A stretch of 59,320 bases of DNA, counting the filler, from Sphacelaria rigidula (lineage: Eukaryota), in the NCBI GenBank assembly GCA_964200075.2. It is 5 parts of 5 records of this genome, joined end to end, with 100 filler letters (N's around TTAATTAATTAA, not from the genome) between each part and the next. Parts side by side here need not be neighbours in the genome. Positions count along the whole stretch, not along the records: positions 1 to 11,784 come from CAXNAA020004505.1; positions 11,885 to 23,668 come from CAXNAA020004506.1; 3 more parts are not named here. The stretch is one strand, 5' to 3'. The position numbers and the translations under genes were made by a program. The notes beneath the pieces were generated by a model. That model saw only the letters and a program-made list of their open reading frames with translations, ran no database searches and had not been told where the DNA came from. Of this stretch, positions 1-12,240 are shown in pieces (within the stretch, counting starts at the first letter, position 1; each line of letters begins with the position of its first letter).

Positions 1-332
1 TCTGAGTGTGAACTATACAAGGAGGAACAGGACGTGCTAGGGGGGGAAATGCGGGACGTGAACGAAGGTGGCACGGATTGTTTGATGCATTATACAGTAG
101 CGAGAAAACGAGGACTAAACTAGGAGATGATCGCCACAGGCGGCGGAACAGGACGGAGATAAGACATGTACAAGGTTTTTGTGCAATGTATGGAAGAAAC
201 GTAATGAGCGCCGGAATGTTGGAGGTGTTTCTGTTAGGAGTAGAAACGGTGCTCCGTCTCGAAAGGGATGCGTTGTCAATGGTCAAACGACGAAGGCAAG
301 CAACAAATGAGTACGCCCTCCCCCTCCCCTCC
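1..332 (+). mobile_element. LINE 3'-end fragment (RTEX/RTE-like family)
   Basis: Bases 1-70 match 11640-11710, the end of the LINE ORF remnant; ~48-318 is the reverse complement of ~1240-1524. Confidence 0.75.
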
Positions 333-417
333 TCGTCCCGCGCCCCCGGAGCATACAACGCCGAACTCCAGAATGTGTCCCCACTACTTTCTTTTGTGCC
401 CTTGTGAACAAAAATAG

Positions 418-609
418 CAAAATATGCAGTTCGCGGCGGCCGCCCCTCCAACGGTCTTCGGGCTTCCTCCGGAGCAATGCGTAGCCGCGGTCGAGGCAGG
501 ATCCACTGCCGTTGTAGACATGCGACACGTTCCACCTCCGACAGTCATGTCTGCGTGGGGCGCGCCTGCCGCATCGCCTGGATACCCGACACAGGCTCCA
601 CCACAGCAG
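418..609 (+). CDS. Probable coding exon, Pro/Ala/Gln-rich (QNMQFAAAAPPTVFGLPPEQ...GYPTQAPPQQ); parent gene unknown
   Basis: Acceptor ...aaatAG at 416-417, donor CAG|GTATAT at 610, 192 nt in phase 0-0, open GC-rich frame. It could alternatively start at ATG 424. Confidence 0.5.
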
Positions 610-1164
610 GTATATGCTCTGTCAAGCGTTGGTCATGCTCTGGTTGTAGCAATCATGACACCTCTTTTGTCTTCCCATCCCGCTTGCACACGAACCTACA
701 CACACACTCTCCCCCGTACGCGAAGTGGAAACGATGTTGATAAAGACCACTTGACGAATGGAAAGCCAGTAGCCAGGCAAGGTTTTTTTTTTTTTTCTGT
801 CGTCTCTTTGATCGCCCTATCCCCCCTTCTACAGCAACACCGTCGATTCTCAGGAGATAAATGTGTGTAACGTCGTGCGTTTTTTTATGAGCCTTTGATT
901 GCGAAGGTGTCGGGATCGTTACTACTTGCAGAAGCATTCGTACATCGGCATCAAGTTATAAAGGTGTGTGTTTGATGAGTATTCATTTACACGCTGAAAC
1001 ATGGCTACTCCCGCAGCAGTCAAACGGTTTATTTTGCTGATCCCAAAATGAACCCTGTTTTTTTTCTCTCTCTTTTTCCTCATTTTTTTTCTTATTTCTT
1101 CTCCATTCGCTTCCTTCCCCTTTTCTGCTTAGTTCTGTCTTTGTTTTTCAAATTTAGTTCACTC

Positions 1165-1527
1165 CGTTTATGCGTTGCTTCATCCTGTGGTATCGCCAGT
1201 TGCAGAGACAGCCACGGCTTTTACACTGCCTCATGGGGGGGGGGGGGGCGTACTCAATTGTTGCATGCCTCGGTCGTTTGACCAGTGACCACGCATCCCT
1301 TTTGAGACGAAGCACCGTTCCAACTCCCAATAGAGACACCTCGAACATTCAGGTGCTCATTACGTTCCTTGAAAACAATTGCAACAAACCTTTTACATAT
1401 CTTATCCCCGTCCTGTTTCGCCGCCTGTGGCCACCATCCGTCTCCTGGTTCAACCATCGTGTTTTCGCTACTGCCTAATGCATCAAACGACTTCATGCCA
1501 CCTTCGTCCAAGTCCCGCATTTACCGT
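1165..1527 (-). mobile_element. LINE 3'-end fragment including 3' UTR, same family as 1-332
   Basis: Reverse-complement match to 48-318; its 3' UTR (gaggcagtgtaaaagccgtggctgtctctg) recurs at ~24055-24120. Confidence 0.75.
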
Positions 1528-3155
1528 ACCGGCGGGAGAGATGAGGCCGGTGCCTCGAGACCAAGTACTTGTCTCGAGGAGGGATGGCCGTTACAACGCC
1601 CGAAAGCGACCCGAAGAAACAATCAATAGGGTATCGAAAACCAGAGCCCTCAAAAAAAGCACTCGATCATCTGCAGCTCGGGTACTGCGGAGGCGGCGAA
1701 GTGAAGAAATGTTTGGTATTTGTAGCAACACAGTGTCTTGTCACCTGTACGTTGTACACCACCCCCATTTTCAAACACTCCCAGACAGCACTTCAGTCAG
1801 GCCGGAGGCGACTTGTGCGGCAACCACGAGATTGCCGCACATCACGCTGGCAGGCGTGGGCGTGTGCGGAAAAAATGCCCTCCCGCCACGGGCCCCCGGA
1901 GAGCCCCCGGAGGGACGAAAAAGCCGTTTCAATTTTTGTCGCCTTACGAGGAGCATATGGGGACTCGATTGTTTGTAGCCTTGAGCAAATTTCATCACGC
2001 CGTACTTTTGTTTTCGCCTCCGGCGAAAAAAATGCGCGCGACAAAACGGTAGGTGCGGCACGCGGAACATGCCACATTACACACCATGCGCTTTTACTCC
2101 TGTTTCAGCCCCAAATCTGCGCTAGCGCGCGGGCGCAACCCCTATCTGATTCACTCGCCCCCGACGATGGTCCTTCGGCATTTTTTGTTGCCACACCGGA
2201 TATATATTCCGCAGCACGTTACCAAGGATTCATGCTACGTTAGGGGTTGCATGTTTGGGCCCGGATCCTTATCATTCGGGTACACTCCCGAAGTCAGGAG
2301 CTACACAAGAAAAAGGGAAAAGACATTCCCGTTTACGAAATTCGTTCGGGTCGTCATCCCTAGCCCATTAAAATGCTAATTGTGGCGTGCTCTCACGTAC
2401 TTCTTCATTAGGTGTTTTTTTTCATGGGATAAAGGTTCCTTACAACTCCGATATCAGGATATATCTGTGCACCCCTACCGCAGTACTACTCAAAGGTATG
2501 TTACACACAATACACCATATCAAATCACCCTTGTTGGGCTGTATACAAGGAGGGGCAGGAGGGCGGGGATGCGGGTTTTCGCTTCACGTATCGGATTTTT
2601 CGATTTTACTATGGAAAGTGCCACGCGCTGACCATGCTGCGCAGGAACGCGGCGCATTGATTCTTGGCGCGCTCGTGCACACGGCATAGCTGGAGGATAG
2701 TCAAGGAGGGTAGCACCGGTGGAATTGGCGTTCACACACGATCAGACAGCGAGCAGCTGTGTGCTGTGTGCACCCGCTGTGCTGTATATTGTTGACGACC
2801 ACGACAAAAAATGTCGACAGGCCACTCCACCGCTGCAGACGCCAGTGCAGTGAACAATTTGTCCTTAGCAGGAGTGCTGTCAGTATCCGGGTGGACAATC
2901 GTACGGAAATGGGGCACAACCACGATCAAACGAATCAACGGCTCTGTCCATATAATTTTAAGGTACCAGTGATTGGACAGATTACTGAACAATGTGCCTT
3001 GTACGTTCGACCGCAACTCACTGTGGATTCAGTCGCTCAAAGATCGTGTGGTGTCGGCACCAGGAACGCGTCTGGCACGCGGGCGCGCACCCTTCGTAAG
3101 GCTTTTAGACATCAATCGCTGGCATCAACAGATGACTGTTATGGGTGCGCCTCGT

Positions 3156-5351
3156 CCCCCAAAAGGGGCAAAAAAAGTGTCACCGACCACAAACTTGAAG
3201 TGACCGCAGATCTTGTTTATCCCCTGATGATGCACGCCGTAAAATTACCGAAAGCACTCCGATCCGAGTGGGGTTTCCACTCCACGATTTCCATTTTTCT
3301 CTTCCCGAGCTACGAACCATGGCGTGTCACGGCTACTCACCAACGCGTATTTGTCGAACCTACAATCTGACATGGTTCTGTTCACCGCTCAAGTTACGGT
3401 GATTGAGAAAATCGCAAAAAAGAATGTTTTTCCCCCTGAGTTTGGTAAAAAAAAACTCGGATCCTGGTGAGATGAACAATTTTGTCGTGTCAAGTTGTAG
3501 CTGTCGTCTTGGCGCAGATGATGCAAAAAATCGTATCCCAATAGATGGGCTTGGAGATGAGTGTTTGAGGAAATGGCTTGGGCTATAAGCGCGAACAAGC
3601 GGCTGTAACCCTCGCCGGTTTCCACGATACGCGAAAACCTCATCCCTGTCCAATGGCCTCAAAATGAATTTCACCCATGAATGACTCTTGATAGTGCAGA
3701 TGCTTGGTACAACGGATGGGTGGAATGTTCGACAGGTGTGGAGTTTGAACCTTGGACCGACCCCCACAGGCTGTTTCTGCGAGACATACACCCCCGTCTG
3801 TGCATCGCTCGTGTAGGTGGCAAGAGTAGCGCTCGTTCTCCTGCAACCAGTGCAATCACCACGCCACCATCGATAGCGTAGCTTAGTATCTACTATTCCC
3901 TGGCGGCAAGTATGGGCATACTGAAGGAGAAACGAAAGCCACAGAGCAAGCTGGCGTTCAAGAAGAGGGAAGCAACACACTCCAACAGACGTCAATAATG
4001 AGTCGCACGAACGAAAGCAAGAAACTTCGCGACCTTGCAGCAGCGAAGCGAACAAATTATAACACCAAAAGTAATCCCCACCACAACGAAGGCGTACTGA
4101 GAACACTCGGGCAAGGGGGGTGCATAGTGTTTCCTAAGCGAAGTGTGCGTTACCAAACCTCAAATCAGCGCCCCAGGCGCCGATTTAGACAACAAAGCGT
4201 TCTGGGCGTGGTAGAGGCACGCTAGGAGCACAGCCCCGATTAAAAATTCGGATTTCGATGTCCACACTAATACCGAGATGGACCAACTTACCCTCTCGAA
4301 TGGTGATCAATACTGCGTCAAGACGGCACAAGAGACAACATAAAGTCGTCGGCCCACTTTCGTTGAAGCCACATGGCACCGAAGCGCCATTCATGTCTTC
4401 CAGTGGACCCACCCGTTTTAAGACAGGCGTCTGTTGTAATCGGCACTGGTGGGTGACGTACGACAGTCTGTTTTTGTTCTCTCTTGGAACACAAATATCT
4501 TTGAAGTCCGATGAATATCATGCTCATGTAATGAAAAGCCATGTCCACGGAATGACAAATATGCTTGGACCAAGCGAGTTATTAATCCGCCAAAAATTTC
4601 AAAACGATGGCATCTGATATATCGGACTCCTCAAAACATGATGAGTGGTCGACTTACATCCGCCCGGCCCACATCACACACCCTGCGACTGTTTGTACTC
4701 CAGTCATCTGTGTAAGAGACGTCCTCGTTGAAGTTCATCAGTACATATGGCTCTGTCACATGTTGAGCACATGACGTTGGCCCAGTTTCGATCCGTATCC
4801 CCCCCTTCAAAATGATTTAGCGTCCTGGTTTTGCGGACCCCTTGGGAGCGACTGCGCAAAGTTAGCGGCGTCGTCTGACATTTTCTAGTGTGACCAAAGC
4901 GATAGACGTCATTCGCCAACACCGAAGTAAAGTATCTCGCGTGCTACGTGCGCAACTGCGACCGCTGGGACGACGAGACATAGGCTACGACGCAAGACGG
5001 GGTTAATATCGTCCAAGTGTCCGCTGCCTTCCGTTTGCTTTTGATTCTTCGGCCCATTCATTTTTCCCTTGCACCATGATTTCCGTTGTTGTGCCTCGTA
5101 TATTGCATGCCACTGAGTCGTTTTTCGTTCGCGCTTGCGATACGCTGGAATGCCAGTGACAGCAACGATAGGGTTCTGATTTTAGAATTCAGTCCGCCTT
5201 TTCTCCATATTGAAGGTTGGATTCATGTCGTTCTCTTCCGATGACTCAAGGCACATTTTACCCCACGAGCTCGGATAAGCCGCAAAAGTCGGTCTGTTCG
5301 TGTCTGGTCGTGATTTTGGTCGGTGACACTTTTTTTTGCCCATTTTGGGGG
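3156..5351. mobile_element. Non-autonomous or decayed TIR DNA transposon, CMC/EnSpm-like
   Basis: TIR CCCCCAAAAGGGGCAAAAAAAGTGTCACCGACCA (3156-) is the inverse of TGGTCGGTGACACTTTTTTTTGCCCATTTTGGGGG (-5351); GT flanks both sides (3154-55, 5352-53), a possible 2-bp TSD. Confidence 0.6.
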
Positions 5352-5574
5352 GTCAAGCTCTCCCGTTACTGTACTGTGTGTATTCTCTAGCCTCTTATCC
5401 GTTCCTCTCCCTTCCGTTCGTCCTTGATTTTTTTTTCCCCTGTCTTGTCTTTGTTTCCTTTGTTTTTTCGTTGCTTTTTTTCTTGTTTGTTTCGGCTTTC
5501 ATTTCTCCCTTCACTCCTTCTGTTACATCCACCTTGTCATCACCGCTGGCTCCGTCGGGAATCACTCAAAGTGC

Positions 5575-5825
5575 GAAAAATCAATCAACCAATCAGTCTC
5601 TCAATCAACCGTTGTCTCAATCAACAAATCAACAAATCAATCACTCAATTTTTCAACTCGTTCACTCGCTCACTGAGTCAGACAACCAGTCAATCGTCTA
5701 ATCAATCAAGCAATTTCTCAACTCACTCACTCACTCACTCACTAAGTCAGACAACCAGTCAATCATCTAATCAATCAAGCAATTTCTCAACTCACTCACT
5801 CGCTCACTCAGCCAATCAATCAGCC
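5575..5825 (+). repeat. Degenerate TCAA/TCAC tetranucleotide array with an internal ~70-bp duplication
   Basis: Runs of tcaa/tcac; agtcagacaaccagtcaatc...caatttctcaactcactcac occurs twice. Confidence 0.85.
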
Positions 5826-6156
5826 TTGCAGTCTGACTTGATGAGAAGATATGTCGTTTGCATTGCCTTCAGCTGATGGACGATAGTAGGCTGCTGCTCC
5901 TATTTGAGCTGTTGTTGTTGTTGTTGCTGTTGTTGTGGTTGTCTTTGCCTTCACATGAGAAGCCGTTCGAGGAGTCTAATCCGATAAACCTAAGGCTACA
6001 GCTTCTTCTTTTTTTCACGACGTAGTTTGCGGTTGATTGATTAGTTTTGCGCGATCGAAACGTACAACACGCTTTTGATGACGGATTAGTCAGGATATTG
6101 AAATAAAACACACAACCGAAACACAAACAACACGGTTTTGATGACGTTTTTTCCAG

Positions 6157-6335
6157 GATATTGGAGGCGTGATTAGCGTTGGGGAGGGATCGGCGGCACA
6201 CGCCCCCAGCAGCGCAAACGTGTGTGGCCGGTGCGATATTGTTCGGCCGGAGGGTGCCATGCACTGCCACGTGTGCGGTGTCTGCGTTCAGAGATTGGAT
6301 CACCACTGCCCTTTCATGGGGCAGTGTGTGGGCAG
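6157..6335 (+). CDS. Internal exon of a DHHC-type palmitoyl acyltransferase (zf-DHHC Cys-rich domain)
   Basis: Translates CGRCDIVRPEGAMHCHVCGVCVQRLDHHCPFMGQCVG, the DHHC-CRD signature; acceptor ttttccAG (6155-56), donor AG|GTGCGT (6336). The next exon was not found in this segment. Confidence 0.93.
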
Positions 6336-7439
6336 GTGCGTTCTTGTTTTTTCTGTTGGTTTCGTTGCGAGAAGTGGATTGTTTCGGATATATTTGACAG
6401 GGCTGTCCTTGTGGTGAAAGCCGCACACGAATAAAACTGACTTCTGCCGTAAATCATGTGCGGCGTTGAAACCGTCGAGCAAACCATCCAATCATGACTG
6501 ACCACTACTTGTACGACGAAGGCACATTCCGCCAGGAGCAAGCATCCTGTTCGACTCTCAGTTTATTGTCGCGTGTTATTCATGTCTCTCATGTCGCGGT
6601 CAATTTTACAGGACAGCAATGCTTTGCGTTTCTAGTCGGTGTTCGCTTTCCGCGCAATAGGAATGTGGAGATGTCGTACTCCCACCTTGGAGCTTTGGAA
6701 TTTCGGTTCCGCCAATTTTTCGTCACAAGTCGAAGTTAAGGCCCGTGTCGTAACCTTTTGATGGCATTTGATGATGGTACTGAATTTGTGGATGCTTTTC
6801 GATTTTGATATGTGCGCAGCGAAAGTCAGAGAACAGCCCTTGATATTCATTGTTCTTCACCTTGATTTTGTGTTTATGTGCGACGTGTGGATTATCGTTG
6901 ACATACACATGTTGAATAAATGTTTGATTGAGTGATTATCTCGGGAGGGCTGGTGACGACTGTGCTGTGCTGTGAATAATCTTCATCTGGAGAGTGACAG
7001 CGAACGTCAACAAATGTGCGGTACTCGTCTGTAACGAAGATTCCAATGTCACAAAGTGAAGTTGGTTTCTGCTGCGGGTAAAAATTCGACTCGGAGGTTT
7101 TTGCGTCGTGGCTCTTGCGATATTTTTCTTGCGTCGTGGTTCGTGCGTTTTTTTTGCTAGATTTTTCCAGTCTAAAACCCTTGTCGATTTCGGTTTTTTG
7201 GGGATAACTTCGTCAAACGGACACCAAACGCATCCTGCTTCAAGGGGCACCTGGACACACAGAAGTTGCCGCTGCCTACCTAGTATGATCCTCCAAATCG
7301 AAGTCTTGAATGAGAACCCCCCGCATTTGGTGCCCATGTACAAGGATGATCTACATCGAGTATCGTGCTCCAAAACGTACGTGACAAGTGGGCAATACCC
7401 CCGTACAGAATGCTAGCGGATCCTATGTCCTGACAGTCT

Positions 7440-8100
7440 GTGACAGTCTGGCAGCCGGCAAGGTGGTTATGGTAGTGTCCTTCTAGCGATATCAGCCTAC
7501 AGTACACTGGAGCAGAGCTTGCAGGTGAATATTTCGGCGATTGCCTCACCTGCAATTCGCCCAGATGTTGCCCCTGCATTATATACGTAAAATGTACCCA
7601 ACCGTGGACAAAAGATTTCTACAGACAGTACGAGCACGATGTATGAGGAAGGTTTACTGCGCAACGTCGAGTGTGCTGTGTGTTGTCCCATAAATCTGGA
7701 CGCCGGTCTAAACCTTTCGGTATATATGGGCGCACCAGCCGCGGCTGTGTTACCATACAGCTTCGCCCAAGATACAGGCAGCCATTACAGCGGCGGAGGC
7801 GGCCTTACACTCCTGGGTGCGCCACTTGGGGCAAACGCACGCTGTAGCTGCAACAAGGACATCAATGAAAAATGTGATTTGGCAATATAGCGGTTGGCGA
7901 GGAGTTTACATCCCATCTACGTACACCTTGGCTGTGATACAACGGCTGCTCTCATGATGTGGCGAACTGCATAGGACAGCACGAAATCAATGCAGGACAG
8001 GGATAGACTAAGGATGCGACGTTCTGCGGTGTGCTCTGTCACTCTATACCCGGCCGCTGTGCAGTGAGCAGGTAGTACCATCCCAGGCGTCACGCCGCGG
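7440..8100 (+). repeat. Dispersed repeat shared with 13330-13790
   Basis: 7440-7570 aligns with 13330-13450 (ctggca.ccggcaaggtg...gaatattt.ggcgattgcc) and 7990-8100 with 13680-13790 (taaggatg...tgcggtgtgct.tgtcactcta...gtgcagtgagcaggt). Confidence 0.75.
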
Positions 8101-8309
8101 CCGATACACAGTATCAGCTCTACACCCGAAGGGTAAGGCGGTGTTTGAACGAAGCAAGGAACATGATCATTATTTCGTGATGGTGGTGAAGTGGCAACCA
8201 CTTCATTATCACGAGAAACCACGCGCTATTTTAATCGAGCAAGCTAGGATAGGGAACAGGTGATGAAGAGGCGGTGAAACAGCACGCGAACAGACCAGCG
8301 ACTTCAAGA

Positions 8310-9580
8310 AGGGCGGCAATCACGCGCAAGGGCGTATGGGTATTGTCGCAGATCGAAATGCGGACCGCCTTCCGCACGAGAAGCAACAGCAGCAGTATCA
8401 GCAGCATCTTTTTTGCCAGGATACGTACGCGGCTGGGTGTGGGTCTAAATAAGCCGGTGCCGATACTGCTGCTGCTGCTGCTGCCGTTCTTACTCATCGG
8501 AGAAACGGTCCGCGTTTCCATCGTGCTACTACTACAACGCCCATCACGCACCTTGCACGCGATAGCCACCGTGCTGGGAAGCGCTGGTCCGTACTACCCG
8601 TCGATGGGTCTATGCTTCCTCACTAGGCTAAGTGCTGGGAGATGTAGTTGCGCGCATCTCTCTGTGCGAGCTGTGCACGTCGGGTGTGTCTCGCACGCGT
8701 GGCTGCCGCTGGTGATGGGAATGAAGTCGGCGTCCAATACAGAGGGAAGCAAGAGATTTGTACTCGTACTGAAAATGCCACTGTATGGGAGTAACAACTC
8801 GCGAACATATCATAGTCGATTTTAAATAGGAGGGGGAAATAACGCGACAGGTGCATGGATATTGTCGCACGTCGAAACGCGGACCGCCTCCCGCACGAGA
8901 ATCAGCAGCAGCAGCAGGATGAGAAACCCGGAGAATTAAAATCTTCGTATCCATACCAAATCTTCGAAATACGGTTCAATTTCTTTACCTACCGAGAGTG
9001 ATTGACAACTGCTACACGCCATAGAGATTTGGATTTCGACCACCGAAATGCTGGGGTCTTAGATGAAAAACCACTTTCGGAACCATTTTGGCGTCAGTTC
9101 GGATACTCGGAATTCCCCCAAAAAATGTTTTTCACCTAAGACCCCAACATTTCGGTAATCGAAAGCGAAATTTCTACGACGTGTAGCAGTTGTCGATTGC
9201 TATCGGTAGGTGAAAAGATGGAACCACATTTCGAAGAATTGGTGTGGATACGGAGATTTTAATTCTCCGGGTTTCTCATCCTCAATAAAAAGGTCCATCC
9301 CCAATTTGTAAGATCCTGTGTTTGCTGCTGCTGCTGCTGCTGCTGCTCTTGATTGTAGACGGTCCGTGTTTCGACCGTGCGACAACACCCATGCACCTTG
9401 CGAGTGATCGCCACCGTGTTGGACAGCGCTAGTACGTTTTACCCGCCGATAGGTTTATGCTTACTCACTCGGCGAAGTTCTGGGAGATAAAGCTATGCGC
9501 ATCTCTCTGTGGGAACTGTGCACGTGGAGTGTGTCTCCCACACGTGGCCACTGCTCGTGATGGGATTGAAGCCAGCGTGG
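8310..9580. repeat. Two tandem copies of a palindromic CAG/CTG-containing unit; the second copy carries a MITE
   Basis: 8320-8410 matches 8840-8915 and 8465-8740 matches 9325-9580; each unit has inverted arms (gcggaccg/cggtccgc, CAG run/CTG run). Confidence 0.75.
8915..9282. mobile_element. Foldback MITE with ~165-bp inverted arms
   Basis: caggatgagaaacccggagaattaaaatc is the inverse of gattttaattctccgggtttctcatcct; pairing continues through ggggtcttag/ctaagacccc. Confidence 0.85.
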
Positions 9581-10759
9581 CTAATGCTGCTAGTGACGGG
9601 AAGTCAACCGGCTGTCCCATGAAGAGCCCAACAGGCCACGCCTTGCAATCATGTGACGTTGCTCTTCGCATTTTCACGCAAATGTCCATCCGCTCTCACG
9701 AAAACTAATTCCTAGAAGGTTATTTTTCGTGAGAGTGATTTTGGGGGAGGTGAAAACGTGGCATCAAATCACATCCAATCGAAATCATGAAAAAATAATG
9801 AAAATCCCCAACCGCCACAATCACGATCTATCACTATCACGTCGCGCTCCCACATTTTTGGACTTGATAACACGGGCCCACGACCTTATTTTTTTGTCGC
9901 ACTTTGAAGCCCTCCCCTTCCTCGGGGCGAGTCCGTGGTCTCAAGGAATCAAGCCATCTCCTGTTCACGTCCTCAAACTTTCGACGGCGGTTGGTACACA
10001 GTAGTATCGACTCCACACCCGTAGGGTAACCTCTGCATTGAAATTCAACAAAACGCACTGAATTAAATTACACGGGCGGAGCGCGTTATTTTCGAGCAGC
10101 ACGCGCGCTAGCGTTTCCATGTTGCCAACACCATGCTAGCGCGCTTGTGCACTACAGCGTTGTACTCTCCCGTGGCAGCCCGTCACGGTATTGCTCCCCA
10201 TGTTTCATAACGCTTTATTCGAAAGCACTCAGAAGAAATGCCAGCGAGTCCATCGTTGTTGCACTTGGAGATGTGGTGTACCAGTTTTTCGATCTAGTAC
10301 TGCCGCATGCTCCGTGCTGTACGAACTAGTATACCGTACCAGTTCAAAAACGGATATGCGTGAAATAAACGCTACCGACATGCTCTGGTTATCAAGAACT
10401 GTACTGTGTACGAGGCGCGGGGACCGTAGTTTTTGGCAGGGAATGCGAGGACGCAACCATATTGCAGTACAGGTAGTTTTTCATAACACGTGATTCGAAC
10501 GAGACACAAAACAAAGCATTTACATGATGGTACCTGGGCGTTTGGTACCGAAACGAGTCCACCAGTCCCTCCACTACCCAACGTAAGGAGATAAACACCA
10601 CGTCTAAATACAAAATAAGTTACGAGCACACCTTCATTTTAGAGTAGAGGGCCCAGCCGAGACCACTCCGGGTTCACCGCCGAAATCCGAGACGGCAACG
10701 TTCCAAACACCGAAATAAATTGAAATTGGAAGCGCGCTGGGCACAGGGCAATCTATGAG

Positions 10760-11720
10760 AAGAATCCGGTAGAGTTCAAATGGAAGTGGGGAGAAAAGGA
10801 CCTGCCGATCGTAGACCAGTTTAAATATCTTGGCGTAGAGATCTGAAAAAACTGTTCTTGGGATGCACATATTAATCAAGCAGTAGAAAAGGGCAAGACA
10901 CAGATAGGCAGAATAGACGTGATCCCCAGGGACCCGCACCTAGACATTAGGATTAAGAGATGTATCCTGATGGACGTGATCGTACCAAAGCTGGAATACA
11001 CAGGAGAAGTATTGGAGAGGAACGTGAACTTGGTGGAGAAGCTGGAAACAGTACAGATGGCAGCAGCTAAGAAAATACTTGGATGCTCGAAAACGACGAG
11101 TAATACAGTGTTGAGAGCAGAGTTGGGAATGTACTCACTTAAAACAGAGACACGAAGACATCGCGATGTCAATATAGCTTGAACATGCAGAGAAAGAGAT
11201 TGCCAGCTATAGTTGATGGGGCTGTATGGAAGAAGAGTACGAAAGGGCGTGCTGTAAGGTGGGATAGAGAAGTCGAGAAAGTGTGGAAGGAGGTAGGAGG
11301 AAAGCAAGACGAAATACCATCCATAGGTGAAGACGTGGGATACAAGGCAAAAGTAAGAGACATGATGGAAAATAAGGGGGAAAAGAGCGCTCAGACGCAA
11401 AGTAGATGAGGAAGAATACCTGGAGATATGCGGGTGGTTGAGAGAAAGGATCGGAATGAAAGCATATTTGCATGGCTCACTGGACGCCGCGAAAAATATG
11501 AACTTGCGATTTCGGGTGGAGGACCTGGACCAGCCAGAAAGAAGAAGAAGATATGCCAGTCGTCGTGTGGAGGAGGAAGTAGATGGACAGAGCTGCCTCT
11601 TTGGCAAAGGAATAGAGATCAGAAGTCATATAGGGGCAAAATGTGAACCATACAAGGAGGAACGGGACGGGCTAGAGGGGGGAAATCGAAACGTGAACGA
11701 AGGTGGCTAAAATCATTCAA
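10760..11720 (+). mobile_element. Degenerate LINE ORF 3' part (RT C-terminus plus decayed C-terminal CCHC), RTEX/RTE-like
   Basis: FKYLGVEI...WDAHINQAVEKG, IVPKLEYTGEV...LETVQMAAAKKILGCSKTTSNTVLRAELG, LRFRVEDLD...SHIGAKC; multiple frameshifts and stops. Confidence 0.85.
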
Positions 11721-11784
11721 GGGTCGGACAAATAATGATTCGTCTGAAAATTACTTGGTTTTAGTATAATTAGTCGACTCGTGA

Positions 11785-11884
11785 NNNNNNNNNNNNNNNN
11801 NNNNNNNNNNNNNNNNNNNNNNNNNNNNTTAATTAATTAANNNNNNNNNNNNNNNNNNNNNNNNNNNNNNNNNNNNNNNNNNNN
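11785..11884. other. Artificial linker N44-TTAATTAATTAA-N44
   Basis: Six-frame-stop spacer within Ns, recurring every 11,884 bp. Confidence 0.99.
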
Positions 11885-11889
11885 TTGGC

Positions 11890-12240
11890 CGCGCAACAAA
11901 AAGCTGCGCGTAAAAATCTGTGCCTGCCGCCCCCCGCCAGTTTGGCTGCAGAGTGTCCGAGACGTGTGTTGGCGATTTTCTCGGCTGAGGGGTCAAAAGG
12001 TGGGTCAAACGTCATGAAAGTGAACAATCCGTGGGTCAAGAATCTGTTTGCATGGCAACAGATTTTCGATCCCGGATCTTCAAAATTCGTGTGACACCCA
12101 TGTTATGGGTACAGATTTATAGAAATTTTGGGTGAAAAAATTCGTGGCCAAGATTCGGGGCCCGAGTCCCACAGATTTTTGGGCAAACTGACGTGGGTCG
12201 GCAAGCACAGATTTTTGCACACGGATTTTTGCGTTTTGGC
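11890..12240. repeat. Degenerate foldback (MITE-like)
   Basis: aaaaatctgtgcctgccgccccccgccagtttg (~11910-11945) is the inverse of caaactgacgtgggtcggcaagcacagattttt (~12184-12216). Confidence 0.6.

Noticed and set aside
5336-5876. Membrane or Ser/Gln-rich protein ORFs
   Set aside because: They arise from T-rich sequence and the TCAA/TCAC repeat array.
418-6335. Assigning exon 418-609 to the DHHC gene
   Set aside because: Strand and phase are compatible, but nothing in the peptide links them and the expected transmembrane exons were not found; left unassigned.
11829-11840. TTAATTAATTAA as a biological motif or piggyBac target site
   Set aside because: It is embedded in Ns and repeated at exact intervals, so it is an artificial six-frame-stop linker.
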